Below are positions 40,411 to 50,991 of a stretch of DNA of 64,000 nt, in pieces; within the stretch, counting starts at the first letter, position 1; every line of letters starts with the position of its first letter. The stretch is from Raja brachyura (taxonomy: Eukaryota): contig OY740787.1 in the NCBI GenBank assembly GCA_963514005.1, positions 71,176,001 to 71,240,000 on the forward strand. The letters are read 5' to 3'. The position numbers and the translations under genes are program-made. Under the pieces are notes generated by a model, which saw nothing but the letters and a program-made list of their open reading frames with translations, did no database searches and was not told the origin of the DNA.

Positions 40411-40761
40411 ACCAATGATTCCTATGATCTACAACTGTGCGACCAGAAATCGCTACTCAAAAAAATATGGTTATAAAAAGAGAAAATGAATAACTATCCA
40501 CTTAGTGAAATAATTAGATATCAACAGTTAATAAATTAAGTTTATTATTTTAGAGATGTTTTAACCTTATTTCATAAATGGAACATAATTTTAACCAAGT
40601 AGTAAAAATACAGAACTTTTAAGTTAATTTAATTAAACCAAATAAATTAGTCATTAACTAAATAATCTCAAAAAAATCTTAATTAACTACCAGCCTAAAT
40701 AAGCAGATTTTTCTTTTGTACAAAACATTTTAAAACATCAGCTGCTTTAATGAATACAAAC

Positions 40762-40904
40762 CTTCCTCCAGCAGTTGAACTGATTCCGAAATTTCTCCAT
40801 GTTTATTACGAACTACAACAGAATATTCACCAGCGTCATCTGCAAAGGTCATGGAAATCTCTAGTTTGCATTCTCCTGTTTCCTTCTTGTAGATTACTTT
40901 GTAC
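40762..40904 (-). CDS. ttn: ttn exon hEx21, Z4 Ig C-half
   Basis: YKVIYKKETGECKLEISMTFADDAGEYSVVVRNKHGE; absent from the ORF track. Confidence 0.94.
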
Positions 40905-41348
40905 CTAGGGAAAAATACATTGTTTTATACAACATATCAAACAAGAAAAATAAGCTCACAGTATCTAACCCCAATACTTCTGCCACAATAATTCAACTAT
41001 GCCTCACCAATGACCGCCAAGGTTGAAATAACTTCTATGTTTTTTAAGTTTATCTGAGCCCACATTTATCTTTACCACGACTGGTCAAATTATTCAACAG
41101 TTATTTATTAAGATCAAAAGAACATATACTGAACTAGTGAAACATTAAATATGGCTGACATTAATGTAATCCCAATTTCAACTTCCTCCAAATAATATTT
41201 AATGTGCATTAGTCTTTTTTTATATGACAATGTAATAATTAATTCTGTTTAGATGGCCATGTTCCAAAGACAATTAATACTCCAATTTAATACAATGAAA
41301 AGTGACAAAATTAAAAATGGCTCAAAATTGATTAACAGAATCTTGTAC

Positions 41349-41561
41349 CTGTATCCAGTTGTTAACGGAATTCCAGCTTTTCTCCAGTAAATGTGGGGTT
41401 TAGGGGTACCTCCAACCTGACAATCAAATATCACACATCCACCTTCAATTAATTTCTGTGGTATTGGTTTCCGGATGAAAAATGGGGCAACTCCTGCAGC
41501 ACCTTCCACTGATTCAGCTGTAGCACTGGTTGTCATCACAGTTTCGATGCTCATTTCAACT
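41349..41561 (-). CDS. ttn: ttn exon hEx20, Z4 Ig N-half
   Basis: [35 protein letters not shown]...LTTGYR. Confidence 0.94.
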
Positions 41562-41749
41562 CTGGAAATTAAATGTGAGATCAATTTTGATATGGTGGAT
41601 TACTATCAATGGATTATATTATTTATGTTACTGCATATTTAATATGCAGATCTAAGAATGAAACAATGAAAGGAATATGTCAAAAATGAAAGTACAATAC
41701 ATTTGTTTAAAATCGTTAAGAAAGTGAAACACTTCTGCAGTATACATAC

Positions 41750-41819
41750 CGTTTCTTTTCCGAGACAATTTGCTCAGTTGCTGCCAAAGCTTCTTCTCTG
41801 CTCTCAATCTCTTCTGACA
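41750..41819 (-). CDS. ttn: ttn exon hEx19, linker
   Basis: VSEEIESREEALAATEQIVSEKKR; phases 1/2 fit the neighbours. Confidence 0.85.
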
Positions 41820-41903
41820 CTGTAGAAATAAAAATAAACTATTTTACATCTGTTTTTGACAGAAAAATATTTATCAGTTTTAACATTATTATAAAATACA
41901 AAC

Positions 41904-42162
41904 CTTGAACAAGAAGGTAACATGAACTGCTTGCAGAACCAGCATCATTGGTAGCTGTACAAGTAAAGTGACCGCTGTCTTCTGCGAAGGCTTCCCTGAT
42001 TGTTATACGAGCAATGCCATTTTCAAAGGTTATTTGAAAATCAATGGTACTTTCAATGTGATAGTCTTCTCTAAACCACATTATTGTTGGGGAAGGATGC
42101 CCTGTGATTTCACATTCTAAAGTCACAGATTCACCTTCTATTACAGTCATATTTTTCAAACC
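41904..42162 (-). CDS. ttn: ttn exon hEx18, Z3 Ig
   Basis: GLKNMTVIEGESVTLECEITGHPSP...EAFAEDSGHFTC. Confidence 0.95.
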
Positions 42163-42189
42163 CTGAAAAAGATATGGTACCATTAATTA

Positions 42190-42560
42190 TAGAGTCATAG
42201 ATTCAAAGCGTTATGCAAAACAGAATCAGGACCTATGGCCCATTTGTTCAAGTTACCTAACCAAGCTAGTTCTACCTAGCTACGTCTGACCCATATCACT
42301 CCAAATCTTTCCTATCCATGTACCAGTTTGTGTCTTTTAAATGTCGTAATTGTACCCACATTTACCAGTTCCTCTGGTAGCTTGTTCCAAATATACACCA
42401 ACCACTGTGTGAAAATATTGTCACTCTGGTTCCTTTTAAATCTTTCCTCTCACACTTTAAACCTATACACGCTAGTTTTAGACTCCCCTGCCCTAGGGAA
42501 AAGACCGTGGCTCTTCACCTTATTTATGCTTTTCATTATTTTATTTACCTCTATAAAGGT
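42190..42560 (-). mobile_element. CR1 3' fragment
   Basis: Reverse complement of the CR1 tail, as at 32560 and 58950. Confidence 0.6.
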
Positions 42561-42619
42561 CAAGTTAATGCAAAACACACAAGACCCAAAATGTTACTTT
42601 ATATGAATTAATTGCTTAC

Positions 42620-42685
42620 AGAAACAAAACTGGGTGGGGTAAGTGGAATCACCACTGGAACTGCAGCAACAACAGTTTCTGTGAT
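42620..42685 (-). CDS. ttn: ttn exon hEx17 (66 nt)
   Basis: ITETVVAAVPVVIPLTPPSFVS; ag/gtaagc ends. Confidence 0.88.
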
Positions 42686-42811
42686 CTAAAAGAAAACAGA
42701 AAGTAAAGTTATGAATAAGAAATAAAAATCTACTTTTCAACTTGTCGAATAGTTTTAGAATAATGTGTTATATTATATTGAAAATTGGAAAAGAGATTCC
42801 AGCAAAAGGTT

Positions 42812-45065
42812 AAAGAAGGAACTGCAGATGCTGGAGAATCGAGGGTTACACAAAAAGCTGGAGAAACTCAGCGGGTGCAGCAGCATCTAAGGAGTGAAGG
42901 AGATAGGCGGCGTTTCGGGTCGAGACCCTTCTTCAGACTGGTCAGGGATCAGGGAAACGAGAGATATAAACAGTGATATGGAGAGATAAAGCAAGAACAA
43001 TGAGTGAAAGATATGCAAAAAAGTATTGGTGATAAGGAAAGCAGGCCATTGTAAGCTGTTTCTGGTGTGAAAATGAGAAGCTAGTGCGACTTGGGGGGGG
43101 GGGGGGGGGGAGATGGAGAAGGAATGTCAGGGCCCGAGGGCTGAGGGAGAGGTGGGGGGGTGGGGGGAAAAGAGCAGTCTGGGTTAACAGAATTGAGAAA
43201 ATTCAATGTTTAAGCCCAGAGGATGCAGACTCCCCAAGCGGAATATGAGATGTTATTCCTCAAACTTGCGGTGTTGTTCACTCTGGCCATGGAGGAGGCC
43301 CAGGACCGAGAGGTCGGATACGGAGTGGGAGGGGGAGTTGAAGTGCTGAGCCACCGGGAGGTCGGGTTGGTTATTGCGGACCGAGCGGAGGTGTTCGGCG
43401 AAACGATCGCCTAGCCTCCGCTTGGTCTCACCGATGTAGATTAGCTGGCATCTGGAGCAACGGATGCAGTAGACGAGGTTGGAGGAGATGCAGGTGAACC
43501 TCTGTCGGACTTGGAATGACTGCTTGGGTCCCTGAAAGGAGTGGATGGGGGAGGTGAAGGAACAAGTGTAGCATCTCTTGCGGTTGCAAGGGAAAGTGCC
43601 CGGGGAAGGAGTGGAGCAGGAGGGAAGGGAAGAATTGACGAGGGAGTTGCGGAGGGAGCGGTCTTTGCGGAAGGCAGATAGGGGGGGAGATGGGAAGATG
43701 TGGCGAGTGGAGGGGTCACGTTGGAGGTGGCGAAACTGGCGGAGGACTATCTGTTGTATGCGCTGGCTGGTGGGGTGAAAGGTGAGGACCAGGGGGACTC
43801 GGCCCTTGTTGTGAGTGGGGGAATGGGGAGAGAGGGCAGTGTTGCGGGGTATGGAGGAGACCCTGGTGCGAGCCTCATCGATAGTGGGGGAGGGGAAACC
43901 CCGTCCTCTGAAGAACGAGGACATTTGCGATGACCTGGTGTGGAACACGTCATCCTGGGAGCAGATGCGGCGTAGTCGGAGGAATTGGGAATAGGGGATG
44001 GAGTCCTTACAGGAAGCAGGGTGGGAGGAAGAGTAGTCCAGGTAGCTGTGGGAGTCAGTTGGTTTGTAGTGGATGTCAGTCAGGAGTGTGTCACCTGCAA
44101 TAGAGATGGTGAGGTCAAGGAATGGTAGGGAAATGTCGGAAATGGTCCAAGTATATTTGAGTGCCGGATGGAAGTTGGTGGTGAAATGGATAAAGTCAGT
44201 CAGTTCTGCGTGGGTGCAGGAGGTGACACCAAAGCAGTCGTCAATGTAACGGAGGTAAAGGTCGGGGGTGGGGCCCTGGTACGTCGAGAACAAAGATTGT
44301 TCGACGTACCCGACAAAGAGGCAGGCGTAGCTAGGGCCCATGCGTGTGCCCATAGCTACGCCTTGTGTTTGGAGGAAATGGGAGGAGTCAAAAGAGAAGT
44401 TGTTTAGGGTAAGGACCAACTCCGCTAGGCGGAGGAGGGTGTCAGTGGATGGGTATGGGTTGCTCCTCTGGTTGAGGAAGTACCAGCCCTCCGGTTCGTT
44501 TCGCCGAACACCTCCGCTCGGTCCGCAATAACCAACCCGACCTCCCGGTGGCTCAGCACTTCAACTCCCCCTCCCACTCCGTATCCGACCTCTCGGTCCT
44601 GGGCCTCCTCCATGGCCAGAGTGAACAACACCGCAAGTTTGAGGAACAACATCTCATATTCCGCTTGGGGAGTCTGCATCCTCTGGGCTTAAACATTGAA
44701 TTTTCTCAATTCTGTTAACCCAGACTGCTCTTTTCCCCCCACCCCCCCCCACCTCTCCCTCAGCCCTCGGGCCCTGACGTTCCTTCTCCACCCCCCCCCC
44801 CCCCCCCCCCCCCAAGTCGCACTAGCTTCTCATTTTCACACCAGAAACAGCTTACAATGGCCTGCTTTCCTTATCACCAATACTTTTTTGCATATCTTTC
44901 ACTCATTGTTCTTGCTTTATCTCTCCATATCACTGTTTATATCTCTCGTTTCCCTGATCCCTGACCAGTCTGAAGAAGGGTCTCGACCCGAAACGTCGCC
45001 TATCTCCTTCACTCCTTAGATGCTGCTGCACCCGCTGAGTTTCTCCAGCTTTTTGTGTAACCCTC
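42812..45065 (-). mobile_element. Penelope-like retroelement (RT plus GIY-YIG endonuclease), 5'-truncated, with ~570-bp inverted terminal arms and a 12-14 bp TSD
   Basis: ORF 43253-44419: QTQGVAMGTRMGPSYA, RYIDD, LPFLD, NLVYCIRC...YIGETKRRLGDRFAEH; arms 42841-43406 and 44496-45065; (tc)cagcaaaaggtt on both flanks. Confidence 0.93.
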
Positions 45066-45305
45066 CAGCAAAAGGTTTCTGTTTCCAGGCGAATCACACC
45101 ACACAGTCTTATCAATTCCATTAATTAAATAACTAATACAATTTTAGAAAGTGGTAAGGGTTCCAGAGAAGAGAGGGATAGATGAAAATGATGTTAGCTT
45201 TGTCCTTGATCAGGAGTGAAAAATGTTGCATGATTTTTATTGTTAATGTGTTGGGAACACACAAAGCTATTACATTTTTTGAGCACATCCAGATAATTAA
45301 CAAAC

Positions 45306-45584
45306 CTGCTCTTGTGTTTCATATTGATCTTCATGTTCAACATCAAATTCAGCTTCAAGTGAACCTGAAAAACTTAAACCTAGATGTCTGTGCATCTCAG
45401 TATCAAACCGTGTTTCATACATGTCTGTTTTTTCTCTAAAGCGAGGCTTGGGACAGACTGTCTCCTGTGTCACAGTTTTGGCCTCTTTTAATACAGGGGG
45501 TTTCACTGGCTTGGTGACCTTCACAGCAGAGGACGCAGATAACTCTTTCTCCAGAGTAACAATAGCCGTTCCTGCTATAGAAAC
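45306..45584 (-). CDS. ttn: ttn exon hEx16
   Basis: VSIAGTAIVTLEKELSASSAVKVTKPVKPP...; 279 nt. Confidence 0.88.
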
Positions 45585-47267
45585 CTAACCAAGCCAAGAA
45601 GAATAAAGTTACATTATTTACAATTTATCTTAAGGTTTTAAATTATGGTCAAAATGAAGAGATGGGTAGGATTATTAAGTTAGGTAGATTAGATGGGTTT
45701 TTTTTTAAACTGTTGCATGAGCATTAAAACAAAGTTTTCAATAGGAAAATGTAATCTGGAATAGGAAACATTGAAGTAGTTTGAATGTTATGTCCGACCA
45801 GCGTCCTTCAAACATAAATTTGTGAGAGTCTAAACACTTGTAGAGTTAATGATCTACAACTGTTAACACTAAACTATTAGTACAAATGATGTTAAAAATG
45901 TACTTGTGAAAATGAAAATGAATAATGATAGCAAAAAAAACTCAACATGGCCCAGAATTTGTTGTGCATGGCTCATTGAGGCTCATTTTCAGCTTAAAAA
46001 TTATTTGTCCTACAAATAACTGAAAATGTAGCTTGATACCAGTTTGATAACTAGGATCTCTGTGAATGATGAAATAAGTATTCCACCTCTTCAATCAATG
46101 ACTCTTACAGATAAAAAAAAAGGTTGCTACTGAAATGGAGATCGATCAAATCTGAGCCAAATGTGTCACAAATTAAAACAAGGGGAAATTATGAAATGAA
46201 AATAATGAAAAGGAACATTTTATAATTAAAAACTTGCAGAGATAATATCCATAATTTCAATTCAAATTGTGGCTCGTTAATCAAATTTAAATGGCTTTGT
46301 AGGAAGTTAAATCTTAGCAAGAAACTGATCCTCAGATTATTAAGTACCAGCCACAACTTTCTTAAAGTTTGATTCAAAGAAAGCAATTATTTTTAACTCC
46401 TGAAGGAGCTGATGGCAAGATCCAATTATCTTAGGACCAATCGCTAAGGAATGCATAAATCTGCAATAATTTGTGGTGAGTTCCCCATCACAATTGGTAT
46501 CGTTTTTAATCTGTTTTTAAGAATGACTTCATTACAATTGCCATTAATTTCCTTGCAAATTCTGGGCCAATACATTTAAGGAACTTTTTTTATCAAGATA
46601 TAAAAATTAAAAATATACTGTCTGGCAGGGAAATAGCAGCTTCTAATCTAAGATGTTTAATGCCTGTGAAAAATAGTTTGGCATAGTTTATCTCAATAAA
46701 ATTAGATTCTTTGAATCCATTGGAAAAATTGTGCAAGTGACTGGACTGTCAAAACCTTTTCCCAATATTCAACAATGTCACAGTCATATCCATTATTAAA
46801 GTTAATTGTATGGTTTACCATGATATAAACTAATCAATTAAATGCGACAAAGAAGTAGCTGTTAAATGCGAAAAGAAGTAGCTGTTGTCTCTCCTGTGTC
46901 TATATTGTGTGCAAAATGGCACAATACGAGTTTATTTCAAGGACAAAAAGCATGTTTGAATGTCATCACAACACAATTTTGGACTATGTATTTGTGGCTG
47001 CCGAAAAAATATATTATGCTCCTTTATATACAAATATAGAGCATGATATCTGATTTAGGCCCCCTTTGGGGAAACTACATAGTGATTTATACAGTAGGAA
47101 TTGAGTCAAGAATATTTTCCATCAAATTGACAAGACTCTTGTTAACTGGACTATACAGAGTTTCCATTCCTGATTTTTCAGATTTCCGATGGTCAATTTA
47201 AATCTTGTTTATTTAATATTCTAATATTTTTATTTATTTGCCTGCCATCCAGAAAATTTACCCTTAC

Positions 47268-47378
47268 CTCTTGGGCTGGTTCAGGTTTGGCTACAGTTAT
47301 TTTTGAAACAGTGAAGTGAGGAATTGCACTGGAAAGTTTGTGGTCCAAATGTACTGTAGATTCTGATGCTCTTTCAAT
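47268..47378 (-). CDS. ttn: ttn exon hEx15
   Basis: IERASESTVHLDHKLSSAIPHFTVSKITVAKPEPAQE; conserved PHFTVSKI; absent from the ORF track. Confidence 0.88.
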
Positions 47379-47534
47379 CTATAGCAACCAACAAAACCTT
47401 TATTATGTTTAATCCACCGTGAACTAATAAAATTGAAAATAAAAGTTCTCTCAAGATGATTTTCACAGTTAACATAGATAAAATCATTTTTGTCAACATT
47501 AACTCAGTGTTTTATGAGTTAAACGAAGTCTAAC

Positions 47535-47825
47535 CTGTGAAATGTGTTTTTCAGCTTGTTCGCCATAGGAAATTTGTGTTTCAGTTGGCACAATAACTGT
47601 CTCTTTTCTGACAGTTGTGGTGACAACTTGTTGTTCAGCAGGGGGTGCTCGTTTCTCAGCAGAAAACTCAGTGGCACTTTGACATAGACCACGCTGTGCA
47701 TATTCATACTCCATACGTGTCTCTTCTGAACGCGCTCCTTCAGCATACACCGGATGTCTAGTACGTGCTTGATCCACAGCAGCCAACACCTTAGCCACAG
47801 CTTCAGCCTTTTTGCCAACCTCAAT
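47535..47825 (-). CDS. ttn: ttn exon hEx14, last Z-repeat (Zr7-like) plus following unique sequence
   Basis: IEVGKKAEAVAKVLAAVDQARTRHP, matching the recalled Zr7 GKKAEAVATVVAAVDQARVREP; 291 nt. Confidence 0.9.
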
Positions 47826-48460
47826 CTGCAGACAACAAGGGCTAAGTCTGCAAAAGCACTCATAGTCTAATCTTAAATATCACAAGATTAACTATGAACT
47901 TCAAAACCAATACCATGTTGAACTTTGATCTGTCACATTAAGGTCAATGCCTTATTGACAAATTACTCGTTTGTTTTAAATAAATTGTTACTTTCAGAAG
48001 CAGATTAATTTTCTTATTCAAAATAAATTAAAATGGGAAGTAATTGATCCCTTAAAGTGTAAATATTTGCGTTGCAAATTGGTATTGTTTTTCACAGCAA
48101 AACGCACACTACACATTTACACCCAGTACAGATTTTAAGCATACCATCTAAAAGTACATGATCATTACGTGCATGGTGGTTCACGCTTTATTCGGGAAGT
48201 GACAATTAAACTCAGAGATACAAGAGTAAGAACGTGAGAGTGTGAAATTAAAGGATAGTGAAGTAGCAAATCGGAAGGGCACAAATGCAGTGGAGTACCA
48301 TTGAAAATTAACTATACAACTACAAGGGAAAAGTGGCAAAACTAAGTGTTACATTTAAAAAACCTTTCATGAGAACGTTGTAGTGATAGTTGTGAGGCTA
48401 AAGTCTATAGATGGAGACAAATAAGTAAAGTTGAAGTTATTCTTTTGTGATTCAAACTAC

Positions 48461-48616
48461 CTGATCCTCAACTGGTTGTGGTTGATCTATGGACACACAC
48501 TCAGAAGTGGTTCTTTCTGTGGCATTGGTTACAGAAACTGGTTCACGTACTCTGGCTTGGTCAATAGCGGCTACCACAGTAGCTACTGCTGTCGTTTTCT
48601 CAATGCCTTGTTCTAA
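48461..48616 (-). CDS. ttn: ttn exon hEx8, first Z-repeat
   Basis: EKTTAVATVVAAIDQARVREP motif; 156 nt, phase 0/0. Confidence 0.9.
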
Positions 48617-48947
48617 CTGAATTCCATGCAGCAAAAAATACATTTTATTATAGGTCATGCAACTAAATAACTGAAAGATAATTTACAAAATAAATCTGCA
48701 ATTGGGCAATATATAAAATGCAATTGCATACAGATATATTTGAAGCGTAAATATGAAAATAAAATGTCTTTACAGTTATAATGATTTCTTACACATTCAA
48801 GCAAGAAATTGGTTAATTTTCCACAGATCTATCTCAAAGTTATCAAACTCAATATTTCTAATATTGAGATCAGACCACTGTTCCTAATTATTAACAGTTT
48901 TAATTTTGCAGTATGTGACATGCTTGATAAAAATGTATTATGCTTAC

Positions 48948-49866
48948 CTGCTGCCCTGCACCTGAAACACCAACAGCAACACCAGTCATTCCAACAGCTG
49001 TGGCAATTCCTTCATCAATGGAGACTTTAACAACAGCAGGAGCTCCTTCAACAACTCTTGTTGATCGTTCAACTGTGGTAATTCTTGGAGCAGCAACGGA
49101 TCGTTCAACTGTGGTAATTCTTGGAGCAGCAACAGATCGTTCAACTGTGGTTATTCTCATGGCACCAGCAGCACCAAGGCCTCCTTCGATTGTGGTCACT
49201 CTGGAAGCTCCTGACATACTAGCACTTTGTTCAATTGTAGTAACTTTAGCAGCATATACTGCACCAGAGGCACCTGCTGCACCAGCAGCTCTTGCTGCAC
49301 CAGCGGCACCTGCTGCACCAGCAGCTCTTGCTGCACCAGCGGCACCTGCTGCACCTGCGGTATATGCTGCATCAGAAGCACCTGCGGCATATGCTGCACC
49401 AGCAGCACCTGCGGAACCAGCGGCATATGCTGCACCAGCGGCACCTGATGCACCAGCGGCACCTGCTGCACCAGCTGCATATGCTGCACCAGAGCCACCT
49501 GTGGCATATGTTGCACCAGCGGCACCCGATGCACCAGCGGCACCAGCTGCACCAGCGGCATATGCTGCACCAGAGGCGCCTGCTGCACCAGCTGCATATA
49601 CTGCACCAGCAGCTCCAGTGATCATCATTTGACTATGGACTCCATATCTCCCTTCCCATTTTTCTTCTCTGTGAATCTGTGTAGTACTTGTAGTAGATCT
49701 GCTTTCTCTTATTTTTGTTTCAGTTGACGCAACATAACCTTCCTGCTTCCAAGGCGGTACAGCTTCTGAAGTGACAACTGTAGTTGCCTGAGATTTACGA
49801 GTGAGAAGTGGCGATTTCACTGATCGGATCGGTGATGTTGAGAGTCTTCCAGCTGGAGATACAGAT
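48948..49866 (-). CDS. ttn: ttn exon hEx7, expanded (919 nt) by Ala/Gly/Tyr-rich and 12-aa tandem repeats
   Basis: [19 protein letters not shown]...VPPWKQEGY...[10 protein letters not shown]; open frame through the repeats to CAG|gtaagc. Confidence 0.88.
49063..49157 (-). repeat. 36-bp coding tandem repeat, about 2.6 copies ([12 protein letters not shown])
   Basis: gatcgttcaactgtgg starts at 49063, 49099 and 49135. Confidence 0.9.
49250..49618 (-). repeat. Coding low-complexity tandem repeat (GAAGAA/YAA units; 9-bp GGTGCAGCA-like DNA core)
   Basis: Recurrent tgctgcaccagc on the + strand; protein [21 protein letters not shown]. Confidence 0.9.
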
Positions 49867-50240
49867 CTGTAAAATAAATATTAGCCACATTTATATTTAA
49901 TATCATAGGCAAAGGGTCAGATGCATTTGTGATTCAGTGGTATATTTCTCAATTTCCAAATGGTAAATGTGCTTTTGATTTAAAAAAAAGACTACTCAGA
50001 TTATTCAATCAACATAGATTGTATAGACCTATATTAATGAAAAAGGAAATAAATGACTTCATTTTATTATTCTTACTGTTACTTTTCATTTCACAGATTG
50101 CTTTCACAAAAAATAAGATGAAATTTCAGTGTAACATCCTGCATAATGAACTGCATAACAACTGCACATTTATTAAACATGATTTTCCCAGTGATTTATG
50201 GAAGATATTTAACTGTTCAATTTTTTTTTTTAATTCTTAC

Positions 50241-50449
50241 CGTACAGGTGAAGGTGCTGGAGCTCTCACATGACGAACAGGCGATGGGGATTGTTGGCGA
50301 GTGATTTTGCCAACAAAAGCTGTTGGGGTTGGAGATCTAGATGTTGGTTTCGGTGGGATGCGTGGAGGAGTCTTATGATGTAGATCTGCTCTTCCATCTG
50401 CAACCATTTCAATTGTTGAAGATCTCCCTTCAAATTGAGTTTCCATTTT
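50241..50449 (-). CDS. ttn: ttn exon hEx6, Ser/Pro-rich Z-disc insertion
   Basis: KMETQFEGRS...HKTPPRIPPKPTSRSPTP...QQSPSPVRHVRAPAPSPVR. Confidence 0.93.
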
Positions 50450-50531
50450 CTAAAACATAAAAACACTGTAGTGGCTTATATGCAATTGGAACAAATTTTA
50501 AATGTGAAAATGTAATTAAATGTTGAGATAC

Positions 50532-50620
50532 CTTTTCAATGTGGGTTTGCCTTGCTTGTGAAATTTCAGTGGAAGTAATAATTGTCTTTGTCTTTTTAGC
50601 AGGCACAACTTCTTCATCGG
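50532..50620 (-). CDS. ttn: ttn exon hEx5, Z-disc unique sequence
   Basis: DEEVVPAKKTKTIITSTEISQARQTHIEK; ag/gt ends. Confidence 0.92.
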
Positions 50621-50703
50621 CTGTTAAAAAATTAAAATGTTTCAATTAATGTAGAAACTAGCACAATATTGTTTCGATATGCAAAAAAACAAACAACAAA
50701 TAC

Positions 50704-50991
50704 CTTGTGTGTGGAGCTCGGCTGTGGAGGTGGCACGTCCAACACTGTTTGTGGCAGTTACTGAGAAGGTTCCAGAATCCTCCATGAAAACTTCGGCAAT
50801 AATTAAACTGTACAAGTCACCATCTTGTACAATCTGGAAGTCAGGAGAACTCTGGATTTCTGCTCCTTCCCTGTAGAACTTCACCACAGGTGTAGGGATT
50901 CCAGTCACACGAACATCCAGTCTAACTTTGGATCCTTGTCTTGCAGACATACTTTGTAATCTCTGTATAAAGTTGGGAGGTGCTGTTTCGG
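50704..50991 (-). CDS. ttn: ttn exon hEx4, Z2 Ig
   Basis: AETAPPNFIQRLQSMSARQGSKVRLDVRVTGIPTP...; 288 nt. Confidence 0.95.

Noticed and set aside
43223-44679. Duplicated peptide MQTPQAEYEML... in two ORFs, suggesting a gene pair
   Set aside because: Antisense reading of the two inverted Penelope arms.
46838-46886. Short tandem duplication ttaaatgcga(c)aaagaagtagctgtt
   Set aside because: Ordinary local slippage duplication with no sign of function.
48364-48404. Possible small exon between the two Z-repeats (ag...AG|gt)
   Set aside because: 41 nt is not a multiple of 3, the donor is weak and there is no Z-repeat similarity.
49063-49157. 36-bp periodicity resembling a CRISPR array
   Set aside because: Contiguous coding tandem repeat with no unique spacers, in a vertebrate exon.
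48940-49632. + strand Ala/Pro-rich ORF and alternate-frame Gln/His/Cys-rich ORFs
   Set aside because: Shadows of the in-frame titin repeat; a triplet-based repeat lacks stops in several frames.
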